This document shows positions 19,649 through 30,368 of a stretch of 64,000 bases of DNA, piece by piece. The notes beneath the pieces are model-generated. The model made no database searches, was not told the origin of the DNA, and saw nothing but the letters and a program-made list of their open reading frames with translations. Origin of the DNA: an uncultured Actinomycetes bacterium (GTDB lineage Bacteria > Actinomycetota > Thermoleophilia > UBA2241); contig CAVRZA010000001.1 in NCBI GenBank assembly GCA_963725665.1, positions 512,514 to 576,513 of the forward strand, written 5' to 3'. Both the position numbers and the translations under genes were made by a program. Within the stretch, counting starts at the first letter, position 1; each line of letters opens with the position of its first letter.

Positions 19649-20086
19649 ATGCGAGAGACCAGGCCCAAATGGATGCGTAGCAGCAAGGGCACACCGTTCA
19701 CGGGCATAGGCTCCCTGGAGGCCGACATCCTGGCCATCGTCTGGGAGAAGGACCGCGTCACCGTGCGCGACGTCTACGAGACCCTGCGCGAGCGGCGTCC
19801 GATCGCCTATACGACCGTGATGACTGTCATGAACAACCTGGTGAAGAAGAACCTGCTGGCCCAGGACAAGACGAACATCGCCTACGTCTACACGCCCGCC
19901 ATCCCCGGCGCTGAGGTGGCGCAGACGATCCTCGACAGCGTCGTCAATCGTCTGTTGGGCGGGCACGCGAACGTCGCGGTCTCGCATCTTCTGGGGCTGC
20001 GCACGACCCTGACGGCGGAGCAGACTGCCGGCCTCAAGCGTTACGCCGAGGAGCATCTCCAGGGCGATAAGCCACTTGCGGCCTAA
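19649..20086 (+). CDS. BlaI/MecI/CopY family transcriptional regulator
   Basis: GSLEADILAIVW…TVRDVYE…AYTTVMTVMNNLVKK. Confidence 0.9.
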   Translation: MRETRPKWMRSSKGTPFTGIGSLEADILAIVWEKDRVTVRDVYETLRERRPIAYTTVMTVMNNLVKKNLLAQDKTNIAYVYTPAIPGAEVAQTILDSVVNRLLGGHANVAVSHLLGLRTTLTAEQTAGLKRYAEEHLQGDKPLAA

Positions 20087-20212
20087 AGGCGAGCCTGCGC
20101 TTCACGAACGTGGGGGTCACCCGCATGCAGCACGGGATGGCAGGGGACAACGGGCGCGACCGACACCCACCGTTCTTCAGGGGGAAGCAGGTAAGGACTT
20201 GCGCCGGCGCGC

Positions 20213-20542
20213 CTACTCCACCCCGATCAGGATGTCGTCGCCCTCGACCTTGACGGGGTACGACTTGACGTCGTCCGTCTTCCCCCGGACCAACAGGACC
20301 TTGGGGCCGAGCATGTTCTTGCCCGTCCGGACGTCGAATCTGGACCCGTGACGGGGACAGGTGACGATCCCGTCCTTGATGGTCCCCTGCGACAGGGTGC
20401 CGCCCCGGTGCGTGCACGTGTCCGAGATCGCGTAGAGGCTGCCCTCGAGGTTGGCCACGAGTATGGCGCCGCCGCCGTGCTCCACTCTCAGGACGCTCCC
20501 CGGAGGGATGTCGGAGATGCGAGCCGTCTTCACGAATTCCAT
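20213..20542 (-). CDS. Rieske [2Fe-2S] ferredoxin
   Basis: CTHRG…CPRHGSRFD. Confidence 0.9.
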   Translation of the reverse strand: MEFVKTARISDIPPGSVLRVEHGGGAILVANLEGSLYAISDTCTHRGGTLSQGTIKDGIVTCPRHGSRFDVRTGKNMLGPKVLLVRGKTDDVKSYPVKVEGDDILIGVE

Positions 20543-20702
20543 GGGCCACCTCCCGCACACTTCCGGCGCTGACTGTCTCCGCGCCGGCACCACGTCATCA
20601 TACCCGCGCGTTCTCGATCGACGGTAGGGCAGCGAACGACCGCGGCCAGTTGTGCTCCCGGCGGTTCGCCGTCGAGTCGACGGCCGAGGCCGGCGTTGTC
20701 GT

Positions 20703-20821
20703 CTATCTGGCCGCAAAGACCAGCTCCGCGATCCTGGCCGCCGCCTCTTCCTGCGTCGCCGGGATGGCGTCGAGCGCCCGGGCCATGCCGGCGTCTCGAT
20801 CACCCTCGATACCTACTCGCA
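20703..20821. repeat. Integrase 3'-end remnant R9 with internal ~50-bp inversion
   Basis: 20703-20770 on minus encodes AIPATQEEAAARIAELVFAAR*; 20771-20821 on plus encodes ERPGHAGVSITLDTYS. Confidence 0.9.
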
Positions 20822-21059
20822 ATCCCCCGCCAAATCAGGTGATTGCGATGCTGTCGCGGCATGCCAGGAGAATGGTGCTTTCCGCTCCGGCCACAGCCTC
20901 CTCTGATCCCGTTATCACCGGGCCCCGCGAGGCCCCTGGCGGGGCGCCTTCTCTCTGCAGGGGCGACGGCCCGCCGGTCACATGCTAGACGACGGGTCGG
21001 GGTATAGTGCGAGGTTGAGTGTGCGGTCTACGTTGTCGATAGATGAAGAGACCTCCTGG

Positions 21060-22238
<1,179 letters not shown>

Positions 22239-22678
22239 CCCCCGTCGCGGAGATCACATGCCGGCGCTGCCTGGTTTCATGGGGGGAGTGTCCGTGGCGG
22301 TGGGGGAAAACCCTCGTGAGGCCTCTCCCAGTCTACGCTCCCTGAGGCCGAGCACAAGGAGGGCAGTGAGACCGGCAGCGACAGCGAGAAGCGCCGCGGT
22401 TGTACCTAGCTGTCACTCGACGAATGAGAGGCGCTCTGGGATCCCCTGTGGTTTCACTCACCCGGCATTGGCTCGTCGCCGCGCCACCTGGCCGAGAACG
22501 CCGACGCCATTCGCCAAGACTGGCCCCGCATCCCTCTCCTGGGTCTCAGCCGATGCCCCCCTCGCCTCCGCCGACCTCGACCGCCGTGTCGTGGCGCTGC
22601 TTGACATCCAATCTCCGGTGGTCGGGGTCAGTTGGAGTAAGGCATCCATCCCGCGCGTAAGTAGCGCCGACATGGGAA

Positions 22679-22715
22679 GCGCCCGCCGGGCCGGCTTGGC
22701 CGGCCCGGCGGGCGC
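22679..22715 (-). terminator. Hairpin downstream of csp
   Basis: gcgcccgccgggccggc-ttg-gccggcccggcgggcgc. Confidence 0.55.
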
Positions 22716-22728
22716 GCACGAGCTTGCG

Positions 22729-22926
22729 TCAGACGGGCTTCACGTTGACGGCCTGCGGGCCCTTCTGGCCCTCAGTCACGTCGAACTCGACGGCCTGGCC
22801 CTCAGCAAGCGTCCCGACTCCCGGGGCAAGCTCGTTGGCGTGCACGAACACGTCCTTGCCCTCTTCCTGCTCGATGAAGCCGTAGCCCTTCTGTACGCTG
22901 AACCATTTCACTTTGCCTTGAGCCAC
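22729..22926 (-). CDS. Cold-shock protein
   Basis: [27 protein letters not shown]. Confidence 0.95.
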   Translation of the reverse strand: MAQGKVKWFSVQKGYGFIEQEEGKDVFVHANELAPGVGTLAEGQAVEFDVTEGQKGPQAVNVKPV

Positions 22927-23109
22927 CTTGTACTCCTCGTCTCATGAGCGTGTCCGCGGCGACTGTCGAGGCAACGATGCGCGCTCTTCTCCGATGCGCT
23001 GCTTACGACGGATGTCACAGCGCAACCAGCTGCCTCACTGTACGCTCTCTCCGCCTTCGGGGGAATCGGGTATCGGCAAAGGGGGCCGACGGCAGAGGAA
23101 GCGACGGCC

Positions 23110-23414
23110 TCAGCGTGGACGGCGACGGCCGCGTCTGTCGACCCCGCTGCCGGTCATGACATAGGGCAGCAGCGCCATCTCGCGGGCGCGCTTGATGGCG
23201 AGGGCGACCTGGCGCTGATGGCGCCGGCAGGAGCCAGTGGTGCGCGGCGGCTTGATCTTGCCCTTGTCGTTGATGAAGCGGCGCAGGACGGTGGAGTCCT
23301 TGTAGTCGACCTCGTCGATCTTCTCCTTGCAGAAGTGGCAGTAGCGACGGCGTGAGGGGTCCAAGGGACGGTCCCTCTTCTTCTCGGGCCGCGACTTGCC
23401 TTGCGGCTCGGCAT
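23110..23414 (-). pseudogene. rpsR: 30S ribosomal protein S18 (Zn-binding type), start codon out of frame
   Basis: RRRYCHFC…VDYKD…LRRFI…GKI…C.RHQRQVALAIKRAREMALLPY. The RBS plus ATG at 23414 is in another frame, consistent with a 1-nt indel (mutation or sequencing error). Confidence 0.85.
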
Positions 23415-23561
23415 GCTGGTTCCTTTCTCGGCCGCCTAGGCGAGCGGGCGTGCTGGTGGGAGGCTCAGCATGTCCCCATGAGAGTTGCTGCACAAGACCC
23501 ACAGGCTGGGACGGGCTGCCTTGGGCAGGCGTTGCCAAGGGCGTCACTCGATCGCGCCTCC

Positions 23562-23656
23562 TGCAGGCTGCGCAGGCCGTCGCCGTCGGGCGGCGCCGCC
23601 GTGACCGCCACCTGCTCACCGCGCTCGTTGAGCAGGCAAACGTCCAAGCGCTTCCT
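23562..23656 (-). mobile_element. IS110-family transposase N-terminal fragment
   Basis: RKRLDVCLLNERGEQVAVTAAPPDGDGLRSL resembles the sequence after the GLD motif of IS110 transposases. Confidence 0.6.
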
Positions 23657-23689
23657 TGTCGGCGGCGACGGTCGAGCATCGCGACAAGG

Positions 23690-24195
23690 GCTGCGGGCGG
23701 ATAGACAGTCGCGCCCCTTTCCTGCCTGTCCTTTCGGGCGTACAGTGGCGCCGTCGACAAAGGGGGGGGTCATGGACAACTGGATCCTGTGGGACGACCC
23801 AACGAACGAAGACCCGGTCGGTCGCGCTGCCTCCTGCGACAGGCAACTGCGGTACTACCTCGGACAGCGCGTCTTCGACTTCATCCCTGCAGCGCACGAA
23901 GATCCGGATACTACGCACACGCTGGTCGCAGGGTACATCAACCTAACGCTCAGAGAGTGGCGCTCGCTGGTCGGGCGCGACGATGGCGTGCTGACGTTCA
24001 GACAGCCGGACGACCCCTACGAGAAGACGTATATCTTAGAGATCCCAGCGGACCCCAACGTACCCGACGACCGGGGGGAACTCAATAGAATCGCCAAAGA
24101 CGCGGCCGTCCGCCGACTCTTCCGCCATGTGCAAGCGGAACTAGTGGACAGCAACTAACCCCGAGCGAGCTGGGGCGGCCTATCGGCGTTCTGGC
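23690..24195 (+). repeat. ~500-bp unit, copy 2
   Basis: Near-identical to 5023-5526. Confidence 0.95.
23772..24158 (+). CDS. Hypothetical protein, 128 aa (duplicate of 5104-5490)
   Basis: Identical translation MDNWILWDD…ELVDSN. Confidence 0.7.
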   Translation: MDNWILWDDPTNEDPVGRAASCDRQLRYYLGQRVFDFIPAAHEDPDTTHTLVAGYINLTLREWRSLVGRDDGVLTFRQPDDPYEKTYILEIPADPNVPDDRGELNRIAKDAAVRRLFRHVQAELVDSN

Positions 24196-24256
24196 TGGGA
24201 ATCCGTCGCGACGAGCACGATGGAGAGCGCGACGAGGGCGGCGACGAGCAGGAGCG

Positions 24257-27200
24257 TCATCGGCGCGCGCCATCTAGCTGGCATACGGCGAAGGCTCCTT
24301 GCTGTATGAGGAGCCGGCACTCCTCGGGAGGAAGCGGGGGGCTAAAGAGGTACCCCTGAGCTTCGTCGCAGCCGCGCTGGACGAGGACGTCGACGGCCTC
24401 CTGCGTCTCCACGCCTTCGGCGACGACGCCCACGCCCGTGGCGTGGGCGAGATCGATGACCGCGGCCACGATGGCCAGGTCGTCGGCGTCGTCGGGGATA
24501 TCGCGAACAAACGAGCGGTCGATCTTGAGCCTGCTGACGGACAACTCTCGCAGCTGTGTGAGCGAGGAGTACCCCGTGCCGAAGTCGTCGAGGGCGATCG
24601 TCACACCGCAGTCGCGCAAGGCGGCGGTTGCTCGCCGGGCGGCAGCGGGATCGGCGAAGGCCGCCGTCTCGGTCACCTCGGCCTCCAGTAGACGGTGGGG
24701 CAGTCCGCTGCGGCGGAGAGCGCGCTCCACGACCGCCAGGATGTCGAGCTCACCTTCGCCCGCTGAGTCCATAGACCCGCGTTTGCCGTTCACCGGTGCC
24801 GTCGCCTGGCTCGGCTGCAGCTGGCGTGCAGACAGATTGACGGCCAGCCGAAGGTCGAAGCCGAACAGGTCGATCCACTCCTTCACCTGCCGGCAGGCCG
24901 TCCCGAGCACCCACGCGCCGATGGGAACGATCAGGCCCGTCTCCTCCGCCAAGGGGATGAAGTCCAGCGGAGGGATGAGCCCCCGGTCGGGGTGCTGCCA
25001 GCGCACAAGCGCCTCGACCCCGACGATCCTGCCCTCCCTCAGGTCCACCTGCGGCTGGTAGTGGAGGGTCAACTGATTCTCTTCTATCGCCACTCGCAAG
25101 TCGTGCTCCAGCGCGAGCCTTTCGGCTGCCAGGGAGTTCATGCTCATCTCGTAGAAACGGCAGTCGTTGCCGCCGATCTTCTTCGCCCGACGCATGGCCC
25201 TGTCGGCGTTCTTGATGATCTCGGCGGGGTCAGTGCCATCGTCGGGGCACAGCGAGAGCCCGATGCTGGCGCTGATATGGAACGTGTGCCCATCGACCTG
25301 CCACTCGTCGCGAAGCGTCTTCAGGACCTTCTGCGCGGCGACGAGTGCGTCCTCTTCCCCCTTCAGGCCGGGCAAGAGCACCAGGAACTCGTCGCCGCCC
25401 GACCTCGCCACGGTGTCGTCCTCGCGCACGGCGTGCGTCAACCGCTCGGCGATCGACTTCAGAAGCTCATCGGCGCCGCTGCGACCCAGCAGGTCGTTGA
25501 TGTGCTCGAACCGGTCGAGGTCGACCACCGCGACCGCCAGCTTCCGCCTGGTACGCCCGACGGCGGAGATGGCCCGCTCGAGGCGGTCACTGTAGAGCGT
25601 CCGGTTGGGCAGACCGGTGAGGGTGTCGAAGAAGGCTGACCGCTCCATCTGTTCGCGGGCGCGCTTCTGATCCGTGAGGTCATTGAGGGCGATGATGCAG
25701 CCCGTGACCTCTCCCGACGTGTCCAAGAGCGGCGCCGCCCGCGCCGACACCCACAGGTCCGCTCCGCTCAGGGTGGCGTGGTAGGGTCCCTCGTAGGACG
25801 ATTCACCCCCCCTGAACGCATCCCGGCAGAGCTTGAGAAGTGCAGGATCCACGGACGATTCCATCTTGAAGCCGATCAAGGTATCGCGTGAGGTCCGCAG
25901 AATCTCGAGGTAGCGGTCGTTACACTCCGTCATCACGAGGTCGCGGTCGACGAAACAGGCCCCGACCGGCGACTGCTCGAAGAGGGCCTTGTGGAGCTGC
26001 TCCGACTCCAGCAGCGACAGCTCGGCCTTCTTGCGCTCCGTGATGTCGCGTGAGATCAGCTGGAGGACGGTCCGACCGTCCTGCTCGTTCAGTCGCACGC
26101 TGGCCTCGACCGGGAAGTCGCTGCCGTCGCGGCGCCGGTGGTTGCTCTCGAACACAAGGCTCCCCTCACTACGAAGCTCGCGCATCAGCTCCTCGGGACT
26201 GTACCGCGACGTCGGCGCGAGAAGATCGCGCATGCTCCGCCCTACGAGACCGTCATCGGCGTAGCCGTACCCCGCGACGGCTCGATCGTTGGCCTCGAGC
26301 ACGGTGAGGTCCCCATCGAGGAGCAGGATCATGTCGTTCGCGTACTTGCTGAGGAACTCGTTGCGCTCGTCGCCGCGATGGCGCTCAACCTGTTCCTCAT
26401 AGAGGCGACCCAACGCCTTGTATTCACGCGACCGCCAGAGGTAGTGGATCACGAGCGCGACGGCGAGTACGAGCGCGCCGACCAGCCCGACGATCGTCAG
26501 CACCCATTGTCCGAGACCCGCGTAGATCTCGCTGCGGTTGATCTTCGTGACGATGAACCAATCCGACGAAGGTACGCTGCGTACCGCCGCGAGGACCTCG
26601 ATGCCACGGTAGTCCCGCGTGTCGAACACGCCCTCCTTGCCTTCGACGGCCAGGCTGGCGGCAAGCTGGGCGTTCGAGATGGGCAGATAGAAGCGTAGTG
26701 GTGCGCCGGCCTGGTACCGGAGAGTGCTCAGATACTCGAGGCGGACGCCATTGCGACGCACGAGGAGGCTCTCGCCGGTCTCCGACTGAAGGGGCCAGCG
26801 AGCGACCAGAGGATACAGGTACCTCTCGGGGTCGACGCGCAGGACCAGGACTCCTAAGGAACGCGCTCCGGAGCGGCCGACGAGCGGCGTCGCGAAATCG
26901 AGGACGGGCCTGCCACGCGACAGCAGGAAGTCGCACGCCGAGCGGTCGTGGTCGGAGAGAGCGGCTTCGAGGAGGGCCGGTGAAGTCGATCCCGGCCGTC
27001 GGTCACCGGGACCGGCCAGCAGCACGTTCCCAGACGCATCGACGATGAAAGCGGACGTGAAACCGTAGTCCTCGACAAAAGAGGCCAGCCAGCGCCGCGT
27101 CCTCTCCCGAGCCCGCGGTGCGTGCCGCGCGACATACTCCGCCGCTGCGGCGACATCGAGTGCGTCGTTGCCGGCCACGGCAACGTCGGCGCGGCGTTCC

Positions 27201-27493
27201 GCCAGCCAGTGAGTGATCTCACCAGCCTTCAGGGCCTCGATGGATTGAAGTCTCCCGGCGGCCTGCTGCCGAGCGACACCTGTCCGGTATTCATAGAGGA
27301 TGTGCGCCAGCACGGCGAGAGCCGATGCCAGGGCGAGGCACACGAAGAGCATAGTGAGTGCCCGGACGGGAGAGGCTCGCGCGATCGCGGCCGCACTGCG
27401 CGCGCGATCGCCCGCCGTGCTTCTCGATCCGCTCACCAACAGACGCTCCCAACGCTCGCCTGACCTTCGAAGCGGGCGCAGCACCACCGGCAT
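24257..27493 (-). CDS. Membrane PAS-PAS-GGDEF-EAL diguanylate cyclase/phosphodiesterase
   Basis: Two TM segments; PAS domains; DTLTGLPNR; GGDEF; EAL; DDFGTGYSSL; AEGVE. Start uncertain. Confidence 0.95.
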   Translation of the reverse strand: MPVVLRPLRRSGERWERLLVSGSRSTAGDRARSAAAIARASPVRALTMLFVCLALASALAVLAHILYEYRTGVARQQAAGRLQSIEALKAGEITHWLAERRADVAVAGNDALDVAAAAEYVARHAPRARERTRRWLASFVEDYGFTSAFIVDASGNVLLAGPGDRRPGSTSPALLEAALSDHDRSACDFLLSRGRPVLDFATPLVGRSGARSLGVLVLRVDPERYLYPLVARWPLQSETGESLLVRRNGVRLEYLSTLRYQAGAPLRFYLPISNAQLAASLAVEGKEGVFDTRDYRGIEVLAAVRSVPSSDWFIVTKINRSEIYAGLGQWVLTIVGLVGALVLAVALVIHYLWRSREYKALGRLYEEQVERHRGDERNEFLSKYANDMILLLDGDLTVLEANDRAVAGYGYADDGLVGRSMRDLLAPTSRYSPEELMRELRSEGSLVFESNHRRRDGSDFPVEASVRLNEQDGRTVLQLISRDITERKKAELSLLESEQLHKALFEQSPVGACFVDRDLVMTECNDRYLEILRTSRDTLIGFKMESSVDPALLKLCRDAFRGGESSYEGPYHATLSGADLWVSARAAPLLDTSGEVTGCIIALNDLTDQKRAREQMERSAFFDTLTGLPNRTLYSDRLERAISAVGRTRRKLAVAVVDLDRFEHINDLLGRSGADELLKSIAERLTHAVREDDTVARSGGDEFLVLLPGLKGEEDALVAAQKVLKTLRDEWQVDGHTFHISASIGLSLCPDDGTDPAEIIKNADRAMRRAKKIGGNDCRFYEMSMNSLAAERLALEHDLRVAIEENQLTLHYQPQVDLREGRIVGVEALVRWQHPDRGLIPPLDFIPLAEETGLIVPIGAWVLGTACRQVKEWIDLFGFDLRLAVNLSARQLQPSQATAPVNGKRGSMDSAGEGELDILAVVERALRRSGLPHRLLEAEVTETAAFADPAAARRATAALRDCGVTIALDDFGTGYSSLTQLRELSVSRLKIDRSFVRDIPDDADDLAIVAAVIDLAHATGVGVVAEGVETQEAVDVLVQRGCDEAQGYLFSPPLPPEECRLLIQQGAFAVCQLDGARR

Positions 27494-27713
27494 ACCACCG
27501 GCATGAGAAGACGTGGGCGCGGAGCCCGTTCACGGGGGCTATCGGCAATAAGGCTCTTTGGGTTTAGGGAGAAGTCCTGCACAAAACGCCCGGGGCGCCA
27601 GGCGAACATCGATGGCGCCGCGAAAGGCGGCCTTTGTCGTGCTGACGGGCAGACAGGGCGAAACCAAAGGAGTCGATGCCCTCGGTCACTGATTTCCTTG
27701 ACGAGCAGAGCCT

Positions 27714-27759
27714 GTCTGCAAGACCTCCATCACCGATTCGACTCCGGTCGTCGCCTCCA
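27714..27759 (+). pseudogene. tRNA-Cys(GCA) 3'-half remnant (att-like)
   Basis: gtctGCAagacc…accgaTTCGActccggtcgtcgcctCCA; no D-arm or 5' acceptor strand. Confidence 0.65.
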
Positions 27760-28157
27760 AGAACTCTCCTGCAAAGCGGCATCTTCTGCGCGCGTAACTG
27801 GGCAGTCGTTCGGCCGTTGCCGACATCCTCGCCGACAGTCTCACCGTGCCGCGTCAACAGACGGCCAGAACTCCTGCAATATGTGGTGCCCCGACCGACT
27901 CCGTGCGCCGATACTGCTGCCGACATTGGCGGCGGCAGAGACGGTCCTGAGCTACCTTCTTTGCGACCGTTGGTCGTCCAGAGTTCCAGGGGATCTGGAC
28001 GACCGCCTGCTGGGCGTGATTGCCCGCTGCGACAGTTGTTCACGGAGGAGGGGTGGGAAGCTTCGCCGCCAGGCGCGTCCCGAGGAGCTTCGCTACGTCA
28101 CCGAGGCACTCACCCTGCGCCAGGGCAGTCTCGCCGCCGCCAAACGCCACTCGACGG

Positions 28158-28391
28158 CTAGTGGCGCATCCCGAGCAGCTTCTCGATGTCGATCGAGGCC
28201 GCGACCGCGTCGATCGGTCCCTTCTCCAGCCACTGGCCGTCGAGCGGGTCGCGCTCATGCTCGGAGCTGCTGATGCAGTACATGCGCACGGACTCCGGCG
28301 TGATCGCCTTGGCGCGGCGCTTGTGCTGCTTGCGCAGCGCCTCCGCAAGGGCCTTGGCTCGGGTGCGGCTCATCATGTAACACTCCATCAT
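28158..28391 (-). CDS. Small hypothetical protein
   Basis: AGGAGG RBS; GC3-rich codons. Confidence 0.6.
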   Translation of the reverse strand: MMECYMMSRTRAKALAEALRKQHKRRAKAITPESVRMYCISSSEHERDPLDGQWLEKGPIDAVAASIDIEKLLGMRH

Positions 28392-28908
28392 GCCTCCTGC
28401 CCTTGCTGTGACGTGTTCGGTCTGTATCGGCCGGCGGGGGGCGACCTGTAAGGGGGCGTGTGAAACCCCGTGGTGGCGGTGCCGCAGCGGCGGCCTCCGC
28501 GCGCCGCCCACGAGAGGACCCGATCGCAAGCCCGGATACGAGAACAGGATCTGTGGCGTCGGTGGACGATGCTAAAGTTCGCGCGAACTTTGCCGATACA
28601 GAAGGAAACCTCCTGTGTGGGGCGGCAGGGTGCCAAAGGCACTGCCGCCCCCTTTGCTGTCTGGAGCTCAGACTCCTCCACCTTCTCTCCGCTCGTACGC
28701 GGCGCGCGGCTGTCTCCCTATCGCAATCATGCAGGAGGGCCGTTTTGAGAGGAGGCCCGACCACACGCCTCGCGGCTACGTGTCAGTCCGCGGGCGCCGC
28801 CGAGGCGGCGACGAAGGGACGGCCGGTGTTGGACGTCCAGCCGAGCAGGCTGTAGCGGTTAAAGGCCGCCCAGCCACCGAGGTCGGCCACGGCCACGGTG
28901 AGGCGCGG

Positions 28909-29856
28909 CTATTCGCTCCCAGGGGCCTCGCCGGCGCTGGCGAGAAGGTCGACGACCCGGCGCGCGCAGCGGTCACCGGGGTCAAGAGATGGGTTCAGGA
29001 TCGTGACGTCGGCGCCGAGCAGCGCCGGCGAGAGCAGTAGCGGGCGCAGCAGCTCTGCCGTCTGCCGCCAATCCGGTCCGCCGGGGAGCGGGTCGTCGAC
29101 CGCCGGCATCGCCTCGCCGTCGATCACGTCCAGGTCGACGTGCAGCCAGAAGCGCCCTGGGTTGGCGGCGAGCTCGGCGGCCACGCGCTGTCCGGTGTGC
29201 CCAGGGCCCTCGGCGAGGAGGCTCGCCGACGCGATGATGCGCAGGCCGGGCGCCAGGCGGCGCGGGTCGGGCGACCCGTTGCTGCGGGCGAAGGCCGAGT
29301 CTCGAACGCCGAGCGCCACGGCGTCTACGTCGCGGAACAGGGGCGCAGCGGGCACGTCTGGGAGGAGCCCCGCGGGGCCATGGCCGGTGACGATCGCCAG
29401 CTCCATGTCGGCGACGCAGCCGCTGAGTGAGGACTGCCCGTCGTAGAAGTCCTCGTGACCGTCGACGAAGGCCAGCCCGGCGCGCCCGGCGACCTCGCGC
29501 ACGGCGAGGCCGGCGCCGAGCAGAACGGCGCAGCAGCCACCGACCACGAGCGGGCGCTCCCCGAAGCGCAGGAGGGGCAGGAGCGCGTCCCGCAAACGGA
29601 GGCTGACGGCTGCCACCTCGGCCGGGCCGCGCACCCCGGTGAGTGGGTCGCGCGTGCCGCGCACGGGGCCGGCCTGCACGTCGCCGCGGTCGCGCACCCC
29701 GAGCGCCGCGATGAGGCCCATGCGTCGCAGCGCCGCCGGCATGCGGTTGCAGCCCTCTTCCAGCCCCTCTGAGTCGATCGGTACGCCGATCGCGCTCGTG
29801 AACACCGTCGTCATCCTGGCGGATGCCTCCTCGCTGCGGTCTCTCCGCTCGCTCAT
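28909..29856 (-). CDS. Arginase/ureohydrolase family protein
   Basis: VGGCC, FVDGHEDF, HVDLDVID. Confidence 0.85.
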   Translation of the reverse strand: MSERRDRSEEASARMTTVFTSAIGVPIDSEGLEEGCNRMPAALRRMGLIAALGVRDRGDVQAGPVRGTRDPLTGVRGPAEVAAVSLRLRDALLPLLRFGERPLVVGGCCAVLLGAGLAVREVAGRAGLAFVDGHEDFYDGQSSLSGCVADMELAIVTGHGPAGLLPDVPAAPLFRDVDAVALGVRDSAFARSNGSPDPRRLAPGLRIIASASLLAEGPGHTGQRVAAELAANPGRFWLHVDLDVIDGEAMPAVDDPLPGGPDWRQTAELLRPLLLSPALLGADVTILNPSLDPGDRCARRVVDLLASAGEAPGSE

Positions 29857-30368
29857 ACCCGGGTCCAGGATCGGCCACTCCGACGCGCCTGGTAGCTGGG
29901 GTCGCCCGGCTCCACGAGGCGCGACCCGAACCGCGGGGAGGCCTTCCGAGGAGCCGCCGCGGCGGCGGCGCGACGCTCAGCGAAGGCACTCCGCCACCGG
30001 CGTCGGCATCGCGTGACGCGTCAGTCCAAGCGGAGAGTGGTGCTGTCGCTGCCGGCGCATGGGCTAGACGGGGAGGATGCCTTGACGGATCGACCGTCAG
30101 CCCAAGAACGTGGCCCGTATGCGAGAGATAGAAGCGGTGTCCCGGTCATATGAACCGCGCGCAAGCACGCCGCTTCCACCTCTGGCGCAGCACCCGTGGA
30201 CTCTGCAGCCCGCTGGGCAGGGTGCCGTCGATAGCGCGAGGGTCCCATTGGTTGATGTCGGAGGTAGAATCAGTGCGAAGAGCATCGCAGCGGGGTCGGA
30301 CATATGGCGGGGACAGAAGACCGTCGCCGATCGAGGACTGTCCGGCTCTTGAGAAGCGAGGAACGCGT

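Noticed and set aside
736-20821. Classical integron (IntI/attC)
   Set aside because: The integrase looks phage/ICE-type with no recognisable IntI-specific insertion, and the repeats lack RYYYAAC…GTTRRRY boxes
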